Shown one piece after another: positions 1 through 10,062 of a stretch of DNA of 64,000 bases. Each line of letters opens with the position of its first letter. The first letter of the stretch is position 1. This DNA is from a virus. Below the pieces are notes generated by a model. It had not been told where the DNA came from. It saw only the letters and a program-made list of their open reading frames with translations, and searched no databases. Made by a program: the position numbers and the translations under genes. Where the stretch lies: the IMG/VR virus record IMGVR_UViG_3300037524_002067, positions 32,001 through 96,000 of that record; one strand, 5' to 3'.

Positions 1-140
1 TCTTTCTTTTTCATGGTTAATTCTGGAAGATGAATTTCTTGATCTGACTTCTTCTTTGTTACTTCCAATAATGTTTGTCTAACGATTTTTCTAACTTCAT
101 AAAAAACATTATTTTTGTCTATGTTCGTTTTTAAACTCAT
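1..140 (-). CDS. hypothetical protein, N-terminal part (runs off window)
   Basis: ATG at 140 overlaps the TGA of the upstream gene; MSLKTNIDKNNVFYEVRKIVRQTLLE carries the recurrent LRxxIRxxLxE-type motif. Confidence 0.6.
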   Translation of the reverse strand, partial: MSLKTNIDKNNVFYEVRKIVRQTLLEVTKKKSDQEIHLPELTMKKK

Positions 141-2926
141 CTACTAATACCTTTACCTTGATTTACATAATATCCTATATTATCTGCGTTTTTAAGCTGT
201 TCTGAAACTGCTTTAAATAAGGCTTTGCCAGCGACGCTTAAATTGCCACCTGGTTTTCCATCTCGCATGTTTTGACAATAAATTCTAACTTCTTTTACTG
301 CTTTAGCTGTTTGAAATTTATCTGTTGCGTTGTTCACAATATCTCTTGCATAAACATCAAGGTATCCAAGAATTGCCGAATGAACTTGCGCACTTTGAGA
401 TTGCTCTATATTTGGTTTAACCTGATTATCTATTGGCTTATTTTGACCCATGGCAATAGAAGTCACTAAGGAGAGAGCTGCAATCAAATTCTGCGCCCAA
501 CCCTCTTCAATCTTTTTTTTCTTTTCAGGTAAAGCAACAAACGCCTCAACTTCTGTTTCTCCATTTGCAAGCCTAACCGAACATCTGTTATATCCATCGA
601 GCAATATTCCATCAACAACCACTGGCTCATTGTGTAAATCGTCTTCGTGTGGCCCCTCATTATTTTCGATATCGGAATCATATCTACCACCTTCTTTTTG
701 GTATGCCTCATAGTATTCTTTAAAACTTGCATCGCTATTTAATAAATCAATCAAAGATATTTTTTGTATTTTAAAACTTCTGTGAGCTATCAAATTTTTC
801 ATAAAATAATCTGGCAGATCATTAGAGTCTGGTGTAATATTTCTTATATGGTTATTTACATCTCTACCTGAAAAAATCCAATCGCCGTTAATTTGCTTTG
901 CTTCTCTTAAACTAACTTTATGATAATGATTAGAGTAAACATCTTCAGTAAGACCAAAATCAACTAAAACAATTGCGTCTTGTCCACCTCTTTTTACAAT
1001 TCCATATGAGTTTAATCTTTGTAAATCTCCAATTGGAAGATCATAGCCTCTTATAAAATTAAAAATAGAATATACAAACTCATCTTCCCACATTTGTTTT
1101 ACAATCTCAGGGTCAACATCCATTTCATAATTTGGTTTACCTTTTGCTTTAACCTGATTGCCATAATTATTTATTGCAGCACAATAATCCTTAAAAGAAA
1201 AACCAACAATTCTTTCGAAATCTTCTTTAGATGCTGGTCTTGCTAATTCCATTTCCACCCACAAATTATCTTCATCGTATTCAAACACTTGTGCCAAAAC
1301 ATCTTTAATGTCATAATAATTAGAATATTGTATTTCGACTTCATTTTGAGCTATACCCTTACCATTCTTTGCTAGTTTCAACACCTTATCGTTATCAATT
1401 TTATAAACTATCCTTGAAGAGCCTGCTGCTAACCTCTGTAAATTGCTTTGACAATACTGAATACGCTGCTTAAAAGTTTTAAGAGCTTTAAAATAATTCA
1501 TGTCAAAATGTTGCGGATATTCTTCGTCTATTACAATTTCGTTTACTGTATCTATTTTTTTGAGCAAATGTTTTTCAATAAAATTTATAACTCTTTTTAT
1601 ATCATTCACAGAATAAAATTCGCCAATTATATTTCCATCTGCATATAACAAGTATGAATTTTTATTCATTCCAGTTTTTGTATCTTTTCTAATTAAACCT
1701 ACGGCAACTCTTAAATCAATACCATTTAAATTTTTTCTAGCAACAGGATTATCATAATTGAACAGGTTTGTTCTTATATCTTTGTTGGCATTTCCAAAAC
1801 GTACAACACCTGGAGGAAGATAATTTGATTCTATTTCTTTTTTTAAATCCAACGCTTGTTGTTTATTTAAAAACCCACCCTCAATTCCATTCTTATTTAA
1901 AACACTATTAATTTTGTCAATATTTGCCGCAACAACATTTTGTAAAACAAAAGATTCTTTAATTGTGTTTTTTACTATATCTCTTAACTCGTTTTTGCTT
2001 TCAACATAATGCTCGTAATGTTGTATCAATTGATTGTCATTTAAATAATATTTTACATTTTCAGGAGTAAAATTTACAATTTCCCTACCCTTAATTTCTA
2101 TACCATCATAACCAAGTTTAAGCATTTCTTGTTCAATAGAAGTATTGGCTTTAAATTCTCTTGCGTCTTTGTATTTTTTAAAAATCAAATTTTGTTGAAT
2201 CCATATCTCGGCAATATTGGCATCTCTAAAAACCATAGGGTTCTTTGGTTTTCCATTAACAACATAATAAACTGTTCCATACCCTTTTGCCATTGTTTTG
2301 TTGCTAAGCGGTACCATATATAAACCTCTACCAAATCTTGCACTTGAACCGTTGGCGACATCTAGTGTAGAATCTGAAGATATGCCTCTATAAGTCACAT
2401 TTTTTCTTTTCCATTTTTTATATTCAGCCATGCTAGGATCATATTCCTCTTCTTTGAATATGTTTTTATTCGATGAATCCCACTCACCTTTATTTTTTAC
2501 AGATTTCAACTGATTTGGTTCAAACACAAAACCGTCGAAATGACCATCTTTACCTGACAATATCGCCCCATCATAACCTAAACCTTTCAATTGACCAAGA
2601 CCATACTTTTCATATTCTTCCCAGCCAGCTGGATTTTGAATTGATGCGTATAGCTCCATGATATGACCACTACCTGCAGCCCCAACTTCTCCAGCTTCAA
2701 TTGCTGACTTGTTTGATGTGAACCATATGATCGGCTGGACCGACTTTTTTATGTTAAATTTACTGAACTTTTTGCTGGTGCCATGATAAACAACAATGGG
2801 CACCCCACCAGAGGAAACCTTACTACTGCCAAACCAAGCCTTAAAATTGTCATTTAGATTATTTAATACTGGTTCAACTGCTTCTTTTAAAATTTGATTT
2901 ATGAATTTTCTAAGTTCAAATGACAT
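137..2926 (-). CDS. polyvalent multidomain protein (ART-PolyVal-like domains, kinase-like domain, ParB-like domain)
   Basis: 929 aa; VVYHGT..FSKF...WFTS (ART-like); AGSSRIVY..KVLKLAK...QNEVE...DL...LVDFG (kinase-like); PVVVDGILLDGYNR (ParB-like). Confidence 0.65.
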   Translation of the reverse strand: MSFELRKFINQILKEAVEPVLNNLNDNFKAWFGSSKVSSGGVPIVVYHGTSKKFSKFNIKKSVQPIIWFTSNKSAIEAGEVGAAGSGHIMELYASIQNPAGWEEYEKYGLGQLKGLGYDGAILSGKDGHFDGFVFEPNQLKSVKNKGEWDSSNKNIFKEEEYDPSMAEYKKWKRKNVTYRGISSDSTLDVANGSSARFGRGLYMVPLSNKTMAKGYGTVYYVVNGKPKNPMVFRDANIAEIWIQQNLIFKKYKDAREFKANTSIEQEMLKLGYDGIEIKGREIVNFTPENVKYYLNDNQLIQHYEHYVESKNELRDIVKNTIKESFVLQNVVAANIDKINSVLNKNGIEGGFLNKQQALDLKKEIESNYLPPGVVRFGNANKDIRTNLFNYDNPVARKNLNGIDLRVAVGLIRKDTKTGMNKNSYLLYADGNIIGEFYSVNDIKRVINFIEKHLLKKIDTVNEIVIDEEYPQHFDMNYFKALKTFKQRIQYCQSNLQRLAAGSSRIVYKIDNDKVLKLAKNGKGIAQNEVEIQYSNYYDIKDVLAQVFEYDEDNLWVEMELARPASKEDFERIVGFSFKDYCAAINNYGNQVKAKGKPNYEMDVDPEIVKQMWEDEFVYSIFNFIRGYDLPIGDLQRLNSYGIVKRGGQDAIVLVDFGLTEDVYSNHYHKVSLREAKQINGDWIFSGRDVNNHIRNITPDSNDLPDYFMKNLIAHRSFKIQKISLIDLLNSDASFKEYYEAYQKEGGRYDSDIENNEGPHEDDLHNEPVVVDGILLDGYNRCSVRLANGETEVEAFVALPEKKKKIEEGWAQNLIAALSLVTSIAMGQNKPIDNQVKPNIEQSQSAQVHSAILGYLDVYARDIVNNATDKFQTAKAVKEVRIYCQNMRDGKPGGNLSVAGKALFKAVSEQLKNADNIGYYVNQGKGISR

Positions 2927-2949
2927 ACCAATAAATAGTTTTTAAAAGC

Positions 2950-2977
2950 AAAAAGCCGACCATCACAGATCGGCTTT
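2950..2977 (-). terminator. intrinsic terminator
   Basis: AAAGCCGA/TCGGCTTT hairpin followed by a T-run on the minus strand. Confidence 0.6.
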
Positions 2978-2988
2978 AAGCTTCTTTT

Positions 2989-3279
2989 TTAGGACTTTTC
3001 TCTGTTCTTAACCCAGATGCCATCCTTAAGTTTGTAAACCCCTTGTTTAACCCATTTTCCATTTACCTGGAACATGTTTTCAAGGTGTATTACTGTAATT
3101 TTCCAAACTTTTGGAAAACGGCTCAATGCCGTATATTCCTTAGCCAGTTGGATGGCTTCTTGTTCTGCGATCTCTCTGTCTTTGTTACCAGGAGTACTGG
3201 TTTCAACCCAGAAAGAGGGGGCGTTAGCGCCAGTAACACTGGTTAGCTGTACCCTCCATAGGCGTGTTTTGTTGTTCAT
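2989..3279 (-). CDS. hypothetical protein
   Basis: 96 aa ORF in codirectional block. Confidence 0.6.
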   Translation of the reverse strand: MNNKTRLWRVQLTSVTGANAPSFWVETSTPGNKDREIAEQEAIQLAKEYTALSRFPKVWKITVIHLENMFQVNGKWVKQGVYKLKDGIWVKNREKS

Positions 3280-3346
3280 AAGAACATTGTTGACAATTAA
3301 TCAACAACGACCTAAGAACTATTAATATGTGTATTTCTTTTCATTA

Positions 3347-4030
3347 TTATTTCTTCAGCAATTCTAATTTACCTTTCATGAATTGTTTAAGACTTGTTTC
3401 TTTTCCAGTTTCATGATCAATAACTCTATCGTCTTTTTCACGATACGTTCTTTTTTTGTCTGACCTTTCACCACTTCCTATTTGAGAATTACGTAAATAG
3501 TTCTGATTCTTAACTCGATTATCTTCAAAAATTTTTTTCAGTTTTTCAGTTAATCTTTCCCAAGCGATTACTTCATTTTTTTCACGATCTCTAGAACCTT
3601 CAGATCTTATTACAATTCCAGAAGGGTGATGTATTAGTTGAACACATGATTCGACTTTGTTCACATTTTGTCCTCCTTTACCTCTACTTCTTACATAATT
3701 TACTGTAACTTGATTTTTATCTAAGAAAAATTTTTCTTTCTCGTCAGTTGATAAAATTGCTACACTTAAAGTAGAAGTATGAATTCTACCACCTCTTTCA
3801 TTTGGCGGAATTCTGCACCAAGAATGAACCCCGATTTCATTTTTAAAGAACTCTTTTACACCATTTCCAGTCAGTCAAATTGATACTAAACCAGGAGTTC
3901 AGTGCTCACTGCTAACAACAAAATTATTGTTTTTGGCTGCTTTAATATACATAGCCGCCATATCCTTAACTAACATTTTCGAATCGTCACCTCCCGTGCC
4001 AATGCGAATTTCAAAAACAATGGTTTCCAT
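3347..4030 (-). CDS. class I peptide chain release factor homolog (RF1-like, lacks domain 1) with two in-frame UGA codons
   Basis: ATG at 4030 is in frame with ORF 3347..3664; EIRIGTGGDD, RIPPNERGGRIHTST, catalytic GKGGQNVNK, QIGSGERSDKKRTY; TGA at codon 44 (3899-3901) and codon 52 (3875-3877). Confidence 0.85.
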
Positions 4031-4137
4031 AGCTATAAATATACATCTTTTTTAAATAAAAATCAAATTATTTATATAGTCTTTATGTTGACCATCGAGA
4101 CAATTTTTCAACTATGTATATTTAAAAAACACATAGT

Positions 4138-4884
4138 ATGAAAAAAGAACTAACCGAAGAACAAAAAGAGTTACGCAGAGCATATAAAAGAAAGTGGGAA
4201 AAAGAAAAAAAAGAAAAAATGAGTCCAGAAGAAAGGGAAGTCAGAAGAATTTATATAAACAATTGGAAAAAAGAAAAAAATAAAAAATTAACTCCAGAAG
4301 AGAAAACTAATCGTAAAGAATATCAAGAAAAATGGCGCAAAGAAAACAGGGAACATCTCGCTCAATGGCATCGTGATTATAGAAAGAAAAATCCAGAATC
4401 CAATAAGATAAACACTAAAAACTATCGAAAAAATAACCCAGAAAAATCCAAACAGAGCACTAAGAAATACAAAGATCGCAACAAAGATAAAGTAGAAGCC
4501 TATAGAAAAAAATACAAAACCAGAAAAAATGAATTGCAGAAAATAAAAAAAACAACCGATCCGCTATTCGCTCTTTCAACTAAAATTAGACAAACTATTC
4601 TAAAGTCTTTGGGGAGAAAAACAAAAGGTAGTTCCAGAACAGAAGAAATTTTAGGTTGTTCGTTCTCTGAATTTAAAAAATACATTGAGTCAAAATTTCA
4701 ACCCTGGATGTCATGGGATAATCGTGGCAAATATAATGGAGAATTAAATTACGGATGGGATCTTGATCATATTATGCCTTTAGCCTCTGCAAAAACAGAA
4801 AAAGAAATTATTGCCCTAAATCACCATACAAATTTTCAGCCACTTTGCAGCAAAATAAACCGAGATATAAAACGAAACAATTAA
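4138..4884 (+). CDS. HNH-type homing endonuclease with basic repeat N-terminus
   Basis: WDLDHIMPLAS...LNHHTNFQPLCSKIN motif; inserted against the local gene orientation. Confidence 0.7.
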   Translation: MKKELTEEQKELRRAYKRKWEKEKKEKMSPEEREVRRIYINNWKKEKNKKLTPEEKTNRKEYQEKWRKENREHLAQWHRDYRKKNPESNKINTKNYRKNNPEKSKQSTKKYKDRNKDKVEAYRKKYKTRKNELQKIKKTTDPLFALSTKIRQTILKSLGRKTKGSSRTEEILGCSFSEFKKYIESKFQPWMSWDNRGKYNGELNYGWDLDHIMPLASAKTEKEIIALNHHTNFQPLCSKINRDIKRNN

Positions 4885-5330
4885 CCAAAGACATTTTTTA
4901 AAACTTTTTCAACCAACTCCTTCTTCAGCTCTTTTTTTAAATCCTCTATAGATTTTAATAGTTTCTTTTCGGTCTCATCAAAATTTGAATCTCCATCATA
5001 TAGTTGAATACATGTGGTTAAAATATCGTAACCAACTTTTTTATATCCACCAATGCGATCTATTGCGTTTGAAAAATCACTATCCCCTGGTTTAACCAAA
5101 CGAATCATTTCCCAGTAATCATCCATTAATACTCTGGAATCTTTTACCAACGGGTTTACAGCTATAATAGCACTTTCAATTTTTTTAAAAACTTGTTTTT
5201 CTTCATCTCTCAGTCTTGTTGCTTCTTCATACTTTTGAGATCGTATAACATCGTTTTTTTTGATTTTTATATCTTCAAGTTGCTTAACAAGTTCGAAAAT
5301 TTCTTGTGGTAGATATAGATAGTGTTTCAT
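4881..5330 (-). CDS. UVR (UvrB/C) motif protein
   Basis: KKNDVIRSQKYEEATRLRDEEK. Confidence 0.55.
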   Translation of the reverse strand: MKHYLYLPQEIFELVKQLEDIKIKKNDVIRSQKYEEATRLRDEEKQVFKKIESAIIAVNPLVKDSRVLMDDYWEMIRLVKPGDSDFSNAIDRIGGYKKVGYDILTTCIQLYDGDSNFDETEKKLLKSIEDLKKELKKELVEKVLKNVFG

Positions 5331-5364
5331 GTCATTTATACGTATTAAATTAAAAAAGATTGCA

Positions 5365-5778
5365 TCAAAGCTGCCTTTTTGGGTGGACTGTTGGTAAATC
5401 TTGGGCTATAGTCTTGGCAGAAATATTTTTTATAACTGGAAATTGGATATCCTCAAATTTTATTTTTGTTGGCTCATAGACAATAACTGGTCTTTTTATA
5501 AAGACATCATTTTTATAATCGTAATCTTCCCCATTTATAACCCAATATCTAGAATATTGAGTTGCTGTAACTCCTTTTTTGGTTACATATTTATTAAAAA
5601 ATCCATGCACAAAATCATGCCCACCTCCAACGTGATAAAAATATTCATTTCCAAATTTAAAATCAGTTTTTTGCTTTTCCTTTAAATTTGCAATCGCTTC
5701 TCTTAATTCTCTTTCAGTGTCTTCTTGATATTTATAATCAAGATGAAAAGTTGGTTTATCATTTTTATTATCTTCCAT
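5365..5778 (-). CDS. hypothetical protein
   Basis: 137 aa ORF, coupled to neighbour. Confidence 0.6.
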   Translation of the reverse strand: MEDNKNDKPTFHLDYKYQEDTERELREAIANLKEKQKTDFKFGNEYFYHVGGGHDFVHGFFNKYVTKKGVTATQYSRYWVINGEDYDYKNDVFIKRPVIVYEPTKIKFEDIQFPVIKNISAKTIAQDLPTVHPKRQL

Positions 5779-6092
5779 TATACAAAATTTGCTTTGTTCT
5801 TAGTTATAATATAATGACTTTGACATCCATGTCTATGCGCTAAAGAAGGTGCCACTGTAACCCTTCCGCTATTGTCTGTTTCAATAGTCCAACCATCATT
5901 TTTTCCATCACCCACTCCATTAATAGAATTAAGATTAATATAGGTATCCATGCCGCACCCGCAAAAACACTTGTGTTTAGCCCCCATAAATTCTTTGCTA
6001 ATATAAAGTTTCCCTTCTTCGCACAAATCATTTGCTGGAAGATATTCTTCACACCACACTGGCTCTATTTCAACTTGTTTTATTGTTTTCAT
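5778..6092 (-). CDS. DUF6527-like Cys/His metal-binding protein
   Basis: HKCFCGCG...VTVAPSL...CQSHYIIT. Confidence 0.6.
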   Translation of the reverse strand: MKTIKQVEIEPVWCEEYLPANDLCEEGKLYISKEFMGAKHKCFCGCGMDTYINLNSINGVGDGKNDGWTIETDNSGRVTVAPSLAHRHGCQSHYIITKNKANFV

Positions 6093-6765
6093 TCATTATT
6101 TTTTCTAAAATATCCGTTTCTTTCAGAATCTGATCCCATTTTTCTTTTTTCATTTTCTTTCCATAATCAGATGTAAATTCTGCAGCTGCAAGAAACTTTT
6201 TTTGACCTTGTATAAAATCTTGGACGCTAATATTGAGTTCGCTTGATAACCCCATAATAGCTTGTTGGAACCAATTGTATTCTAACACTTGCATTATATC
6301 TGCGTCACGAATAATTCTTTGATATTTGTCTAAATCTTTCGATTCAATGATATAAGGATACTGAGTTGCATCAAGAAGATTGTCCACAAATTCAATGTTT
6401 TCATCTGTAACATCAATATTTTCATCTTTTATAAATTTTTTGATACCAGTTTTTGCGTCGGCCACATTTTTATCATCTTTGTGTTTACCAGCAGAATGGT
6501 TATAATCATGCATGATCGCGGCAATCATTGTCCACTTTGCATTTCTACCATCTAACAACCCTTCTGTTTTTAAGCCATAATAAACATGCCTCAATACAGT
6601 TAATAAGTGGTTTAAGTTGTGATAAGGAGCATAATTAGAGGTGTTGTTCTTCACAATATATTTTAAGGCTTTTTTTAGAAAGTCATATTTATCTATAATT
6701 TCCAAAACAGATAATTCTTGTTCTTCCAAACCAGCAAGATTTTGCATTTTATTTTTTTCGTTCAT
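6070..6765 (-). CDS. HD-domain phosphohydrolase
   Basis: PYHNLNH...AAIMHDYNHS...IIRDAD. Confidence 0.75.
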   Translation of the reverse strand: MNEKNKMQNLAGLEEQELSVLEIIDKYDFLKKALKYIVKNNTSNYAPYHNLNHLLTVLRHVYYGLKTEGLLDGRNAKWTMIAAIMHDYNHSAGKHKDDKNVADAKTGIKKFIKDENIDVTDENIEFVDNLLDATQYPYIIESKDLDKYQRIIRDADIMQVLEYNWFQQAIMGLSSELNISVQDFIQGQKKFLAAAEFTSDYGKKMKKEKWDQILKETDILEKIMNENNKTS

Positions 6766-7018
6766 TTTTTTTTAATTCAGAAATACATACTTGTAAAGGA
6801 TCCACTCCATATTCAAAAATTACTTCATATAATTTAGAATAATCAAATAACTTGTTTTTTAAAACACCTTTTTGAATTTTAGATTTATATAAACATCTTA
6901 ACAAATTATCATTTAAGGCAAATTCAAAATCTCTATTTATAATAGCTACCGATTTTTTGTGCCAACGTTCTTCCCAATTACTTTCCATTGTAACTAAACA
7001 ACCTATTTTGTGTATCAA
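6749..7018 (-). CDS. hypothetical protein
   Basis: 89 aa ORF in operon. Confidence 0.5.
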   Translation of the reverse strand: MIHKIGCLVTMESNWEERWHKKSVAIINRDFEFALNDNLLRCLYKSKIQKGVLKNKLFDYSKLYEVIFEYGVDPLQVCISELKKNERKK

Positions 7019-7305
7019 TTAAAATCTTCGTCATACTCTTTAGCTTCTTCTCCAGGTAAATAAAAACGATCTTTATCGTAATTCCAATGCCTACCATCAT
7101 ATATGCTCAAAGCAATCCAAAAGCCTAAAAGTTCTAGATTTAAATAAAAACCCGCATGATCACATTTGCGAGTTAATTTTAAAACAATAAAAAACCAACT
7201 CCAGTCCTTGTGGATTCCACCTTCAAATTCAATTGCCTTGTTTTTTCCTAACTTATTATAAAAACAAAAGTGATTATCCATAAAAGGACTCTTAAAAAAT
7301 TTCAT
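7015..7305 (-). CDS. hypothetical protein
   Basis: 96 aa ORF directly downstream of a TATCTTTG promoter element. Confidence 0.6.
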   Translation of the reverse strand: MKFFKSPFMDNHFCFYNKLGKNKAIEFEGGIHKDWSWFFIVLKLTRKCDHAGFYLNLELLGFWIALSIYDGRHWNYDKDRFYLPGEEAKEYDEDFN

Positions 7306-7342
7306 ATCACAAAGATAAGAAACCCAGACGAAATTTCAAAAT

Positions 7343-7609
7343 CTATTTTCCGTATGTATCTTTTAAAAATGTAAATAGAACTCGTTGATCAACAAGCTCT
7401 GCGCCAGCACTAATAGCTATTTGTATTTGTTCACCACGAAGATCGTAGTGAGGCTGATTTTTAGATTTGCCAGTGCGTTTATTTCGTTTATTGTTGTACC
7501 AACATTTATTTACTCCTATTTTTTCAGCGAAGGCATGCAAATTAGGAATTGTGTCGGCCACCAAATGGGACCAACCATCTGCACCAGGAGGATCAATTAA
7601 TACTTTCAT
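7343..7609 (-). CDS. DUF4031 family protein
   Basis: WSHLVADT..LHAFAEKIG...PHYDL. Confidence 0.7.
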   Translation of the reverse strand: MKVLIDPPGADGWSHLVADTIPNLHAFAEKIGVNKCWYNNKRNKRTGKSKNQPHYDLRGEQIQIAISAGAELVDQRVLFTFLKDTYGK

Positions 7610-7661
7610 AAATGTCTAAAAATAGAAAAGCCCCCAGAATTTCTTCCAGAGGCATCTAATA

Positions 7662-8488
7662 CCAGCCTGAGATTACAGCTAAGTGTCCCGATCTTTGTGT
7701 TGCAGATTACTGTCTCCTGCAGTTGTCCAGCCACCTTTCGATGCGCTATTCGGTAATTCCGATTGCTTACGGCAATCAATCTTTTCGACTCATCAACTCT
7801 GCAGCTACTCATCCTACACCTGTATGCCTACCGATATAAAACTTTGTTCTACAATACAACATTCCTTGTGGGTTTGTTGCTCCTGGTTCATCTCGCGATG
7901 CCAGGACATGAGGAACCTTTTGACTCTATCGTCCACAAGTCTTTTACTTTTTGTCTTTTTCAAAATAAAAGTGTCGGGCTATGAACCCAACCATCATTGG
8001 TTGCGCTGGAAGACGGGCTCATGGATGACAATTCCGATTTTTGCAAATCAGTATATTGTTCCGCCTCCCTGGAGGTTTTGGCAAACCTCACTATTAATCT
8101 CGACAACTCTTTCACTTGTGCGTTTCTCAACACACAGAGGTTTTTAATTACCTAAATTAATTGACTTATCGCATTTGCCTTGCCTGGCTCACACTAATTA
8201 AGTCTCGACTTTTCCTTACAGCTTTACGCTTTCAGCTACCCAAATTTTTAAGTTGGATAGCAGGCCCTGAGATATTAATCCATTGGTACCTGTACTAGTC
8301 TCGTGCCTGGGTATTCTATTTAGAGCAAGCTCTAACAAGACGGAAGTTTAGCAATCTCCCTTTATTCACCATTACTGGGTTTATTTTTTCCCAAAAACCA
8401 GGTTCCAAACCTGACTTTTGTTTAGATCATCCGCAAATGATCCAGAACTTCACCAACCTTATGGTTGGGAGCGACTCCATGCAGCCGC
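7662..8488 (-). ncRNA. large structured ncRNA, GOLLD-like candidate
   Basis: about 830 nt, GC-elevated, no credible ORF, many hairpins; preceded by TATATTTG and a boxA-like GTTCTTTAAA; ends CTGTAATCTCAGGC before a terminator; size and phage/tRNA context fit GOLLD. Confidence 0.5.
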
Positions 8489-9136
8489 AAAATTTTTCAA
8501 TAAGTTTAAAGAACGTTTTCTTTTGTGTTGCAAATATATAAACTCTTTGCGCAATTTCAAAACGTTTTTTTCAAAAAACTTAAATTTTTTTATAAGCATT
8601 TGATTATCAACCTTTGTTTTTTATCTAGACAAAATCTAGACGTTATAAATAACATGAAATGGGAAGCCAGTCTTCCTACACGGCTGGGTAAAGCAAGTAC
8701 ATTTAGACATTACTGTCGCCTTGGATTTGCCCCGCCCTGGGTTCGAACCAGAATTTAACAAACACACTTCAATATTTTATAAAATAGAACTAATGAATGG
8801 TATGGGGAGATGTTGAATCAAGACTTATGCCCACTCACCTCAGCATTACCTGTAAGTAGAGATTGGAGTTAACCAATTAACCTTTTACCTGTTCTCAATT
8901 GCGGCTCTCTAAGCATCAAACAGGAATTGCACCACTTTCAATAGTTCATTTTCAATATTCAAAGAACAAAACTAAGTGTGGGATTCGATTTTTATATCCC
9001 TACCCACATTTCTTATGTTTCATCTGACTAAAAGCAGGAAACAAATGGTCGATTAGTTTTTTACGATCTAACTTAGTTTCTAAACCCAAGGGTTATTGTT
9101 GAGTTATACGCAAAGATATTACAAAGGTTACAAAAA

Positions 9137-10048
9137 TCAAATATTTTTTTCATCCAAATCTTCATTTGAACCAAATTCATCATTGTCAATCAAATCAGAA
9201 TCCTCTAATATCATACCAATTTGTGGTTTTTCTTGTGGAACTTCAGTGGTATCTTTTTTTTCTACAACTGGTTTATCCTTTGAATCAAGTAAGATTAGGT
9301 TTTTAATGTGAGACAAAACCCTATCACCACTTTCTTTAAATCTTATATCTGCAAAACCTTTATCAACTTTTATAACAAAAGCCATATCGTCTATATATTT
9401 ACCAAGATATCTATGATCTTGCGAAGTCATTGCTTTTTCATCCAAACGTACCCAATCTCCATGTTTTAAATCTTTTAACAAAGATATTTTTTGAGTAGCC
9501 AAACGATTTTGGTAATAATTTCTAAAAAACTCTACCATAATTAGCTTACGATCATTAGAAAGAGGTTTTAATGGTTCGTCACTTTTTATTTCTTCTCTGT
9601 CCCACTTAGGACCTATCAACATAGCTGTAACACATATTTCTCCTATTGGACGAACATAATGCCATCCATCAATATGGGTCATATCATAATAAGCACCACC
9701 GTTTTCCAAAACAATTGTACATATTTTTGACGGTTCCTCAAGTCCTTTTCCATAACCAAGACCCATCTCATATTTTCCAGAAATTACATGCATAGCACTT
9801 GGCCAAGGATGCGGATGAAATAAAGCTTCTTCAGTTTTACATGCATGAATCCAATGTAAAAGCACTCTATAATTACCTATTTGAGCCCAAATGCGTTCTA
9901 CAATTGGCGGATGATAATCAATCATGATTGATTGCCAATTATTTGGGTCTTGTAAAAGCCCAAGCAAAACTTTATCTTCAATTTGTTGTAGTTTTTTTAT
10001 CATTTTTTTATTGTAACTTTGTGTCATAAATTTCGTATAAAGATACAA
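9137..10048 (-). CDS. cupin-like domain protein
   Basis: HPHPWPSAMHV...GWHYVRP. Confidence 0.5.
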   Translation of the reverse strand: MYLYTKFMTQSYNKKMIKKLQQIEDKVLLGLLQDPNNWQSIMIDYHPPIVERIWAQIGNYRVLLHWIHACKTEEALFHPHPWPSAMHVISGKYEMGLGYGKGLEEPSKICTIVLENGGAYYDMTHIDGWHYVRPIGEICVTAMLIGPKWDREEIKSDEPLKPLSNDRKLIMVEFFRNYYQNRLATQKISLLKDLKHGDWVRLDEKAMTSQDHRYLGKYIDDMAFVIKVDKGFADIRFKESGDRVLSHIKNLILLDSKDKPVVEKKDTTEVPQEKPQIGMILEDSDLIDNDEFGSNEDLDEKNI

Positions 10049-10062
10049 ATAACTGAGCTAAA

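Noticed and set aside
3875-3901. Genome-wide TGA reassignment, or a prfB-type +1 frameshift at ATT TGA C
   Set aside because: TGA is a normal stop at 137, 5365, 6070 and 7015. Release-factor homology continues in frame 0 and the +1 frame stops immediately.
7606-8758. ORFs 7606..7812, 7683..8147, 7763..7984, 8418..8603 and 8525..8758
   Set aside because: Composition unlike the real genes; they are shadows over the structured ncRNA region.
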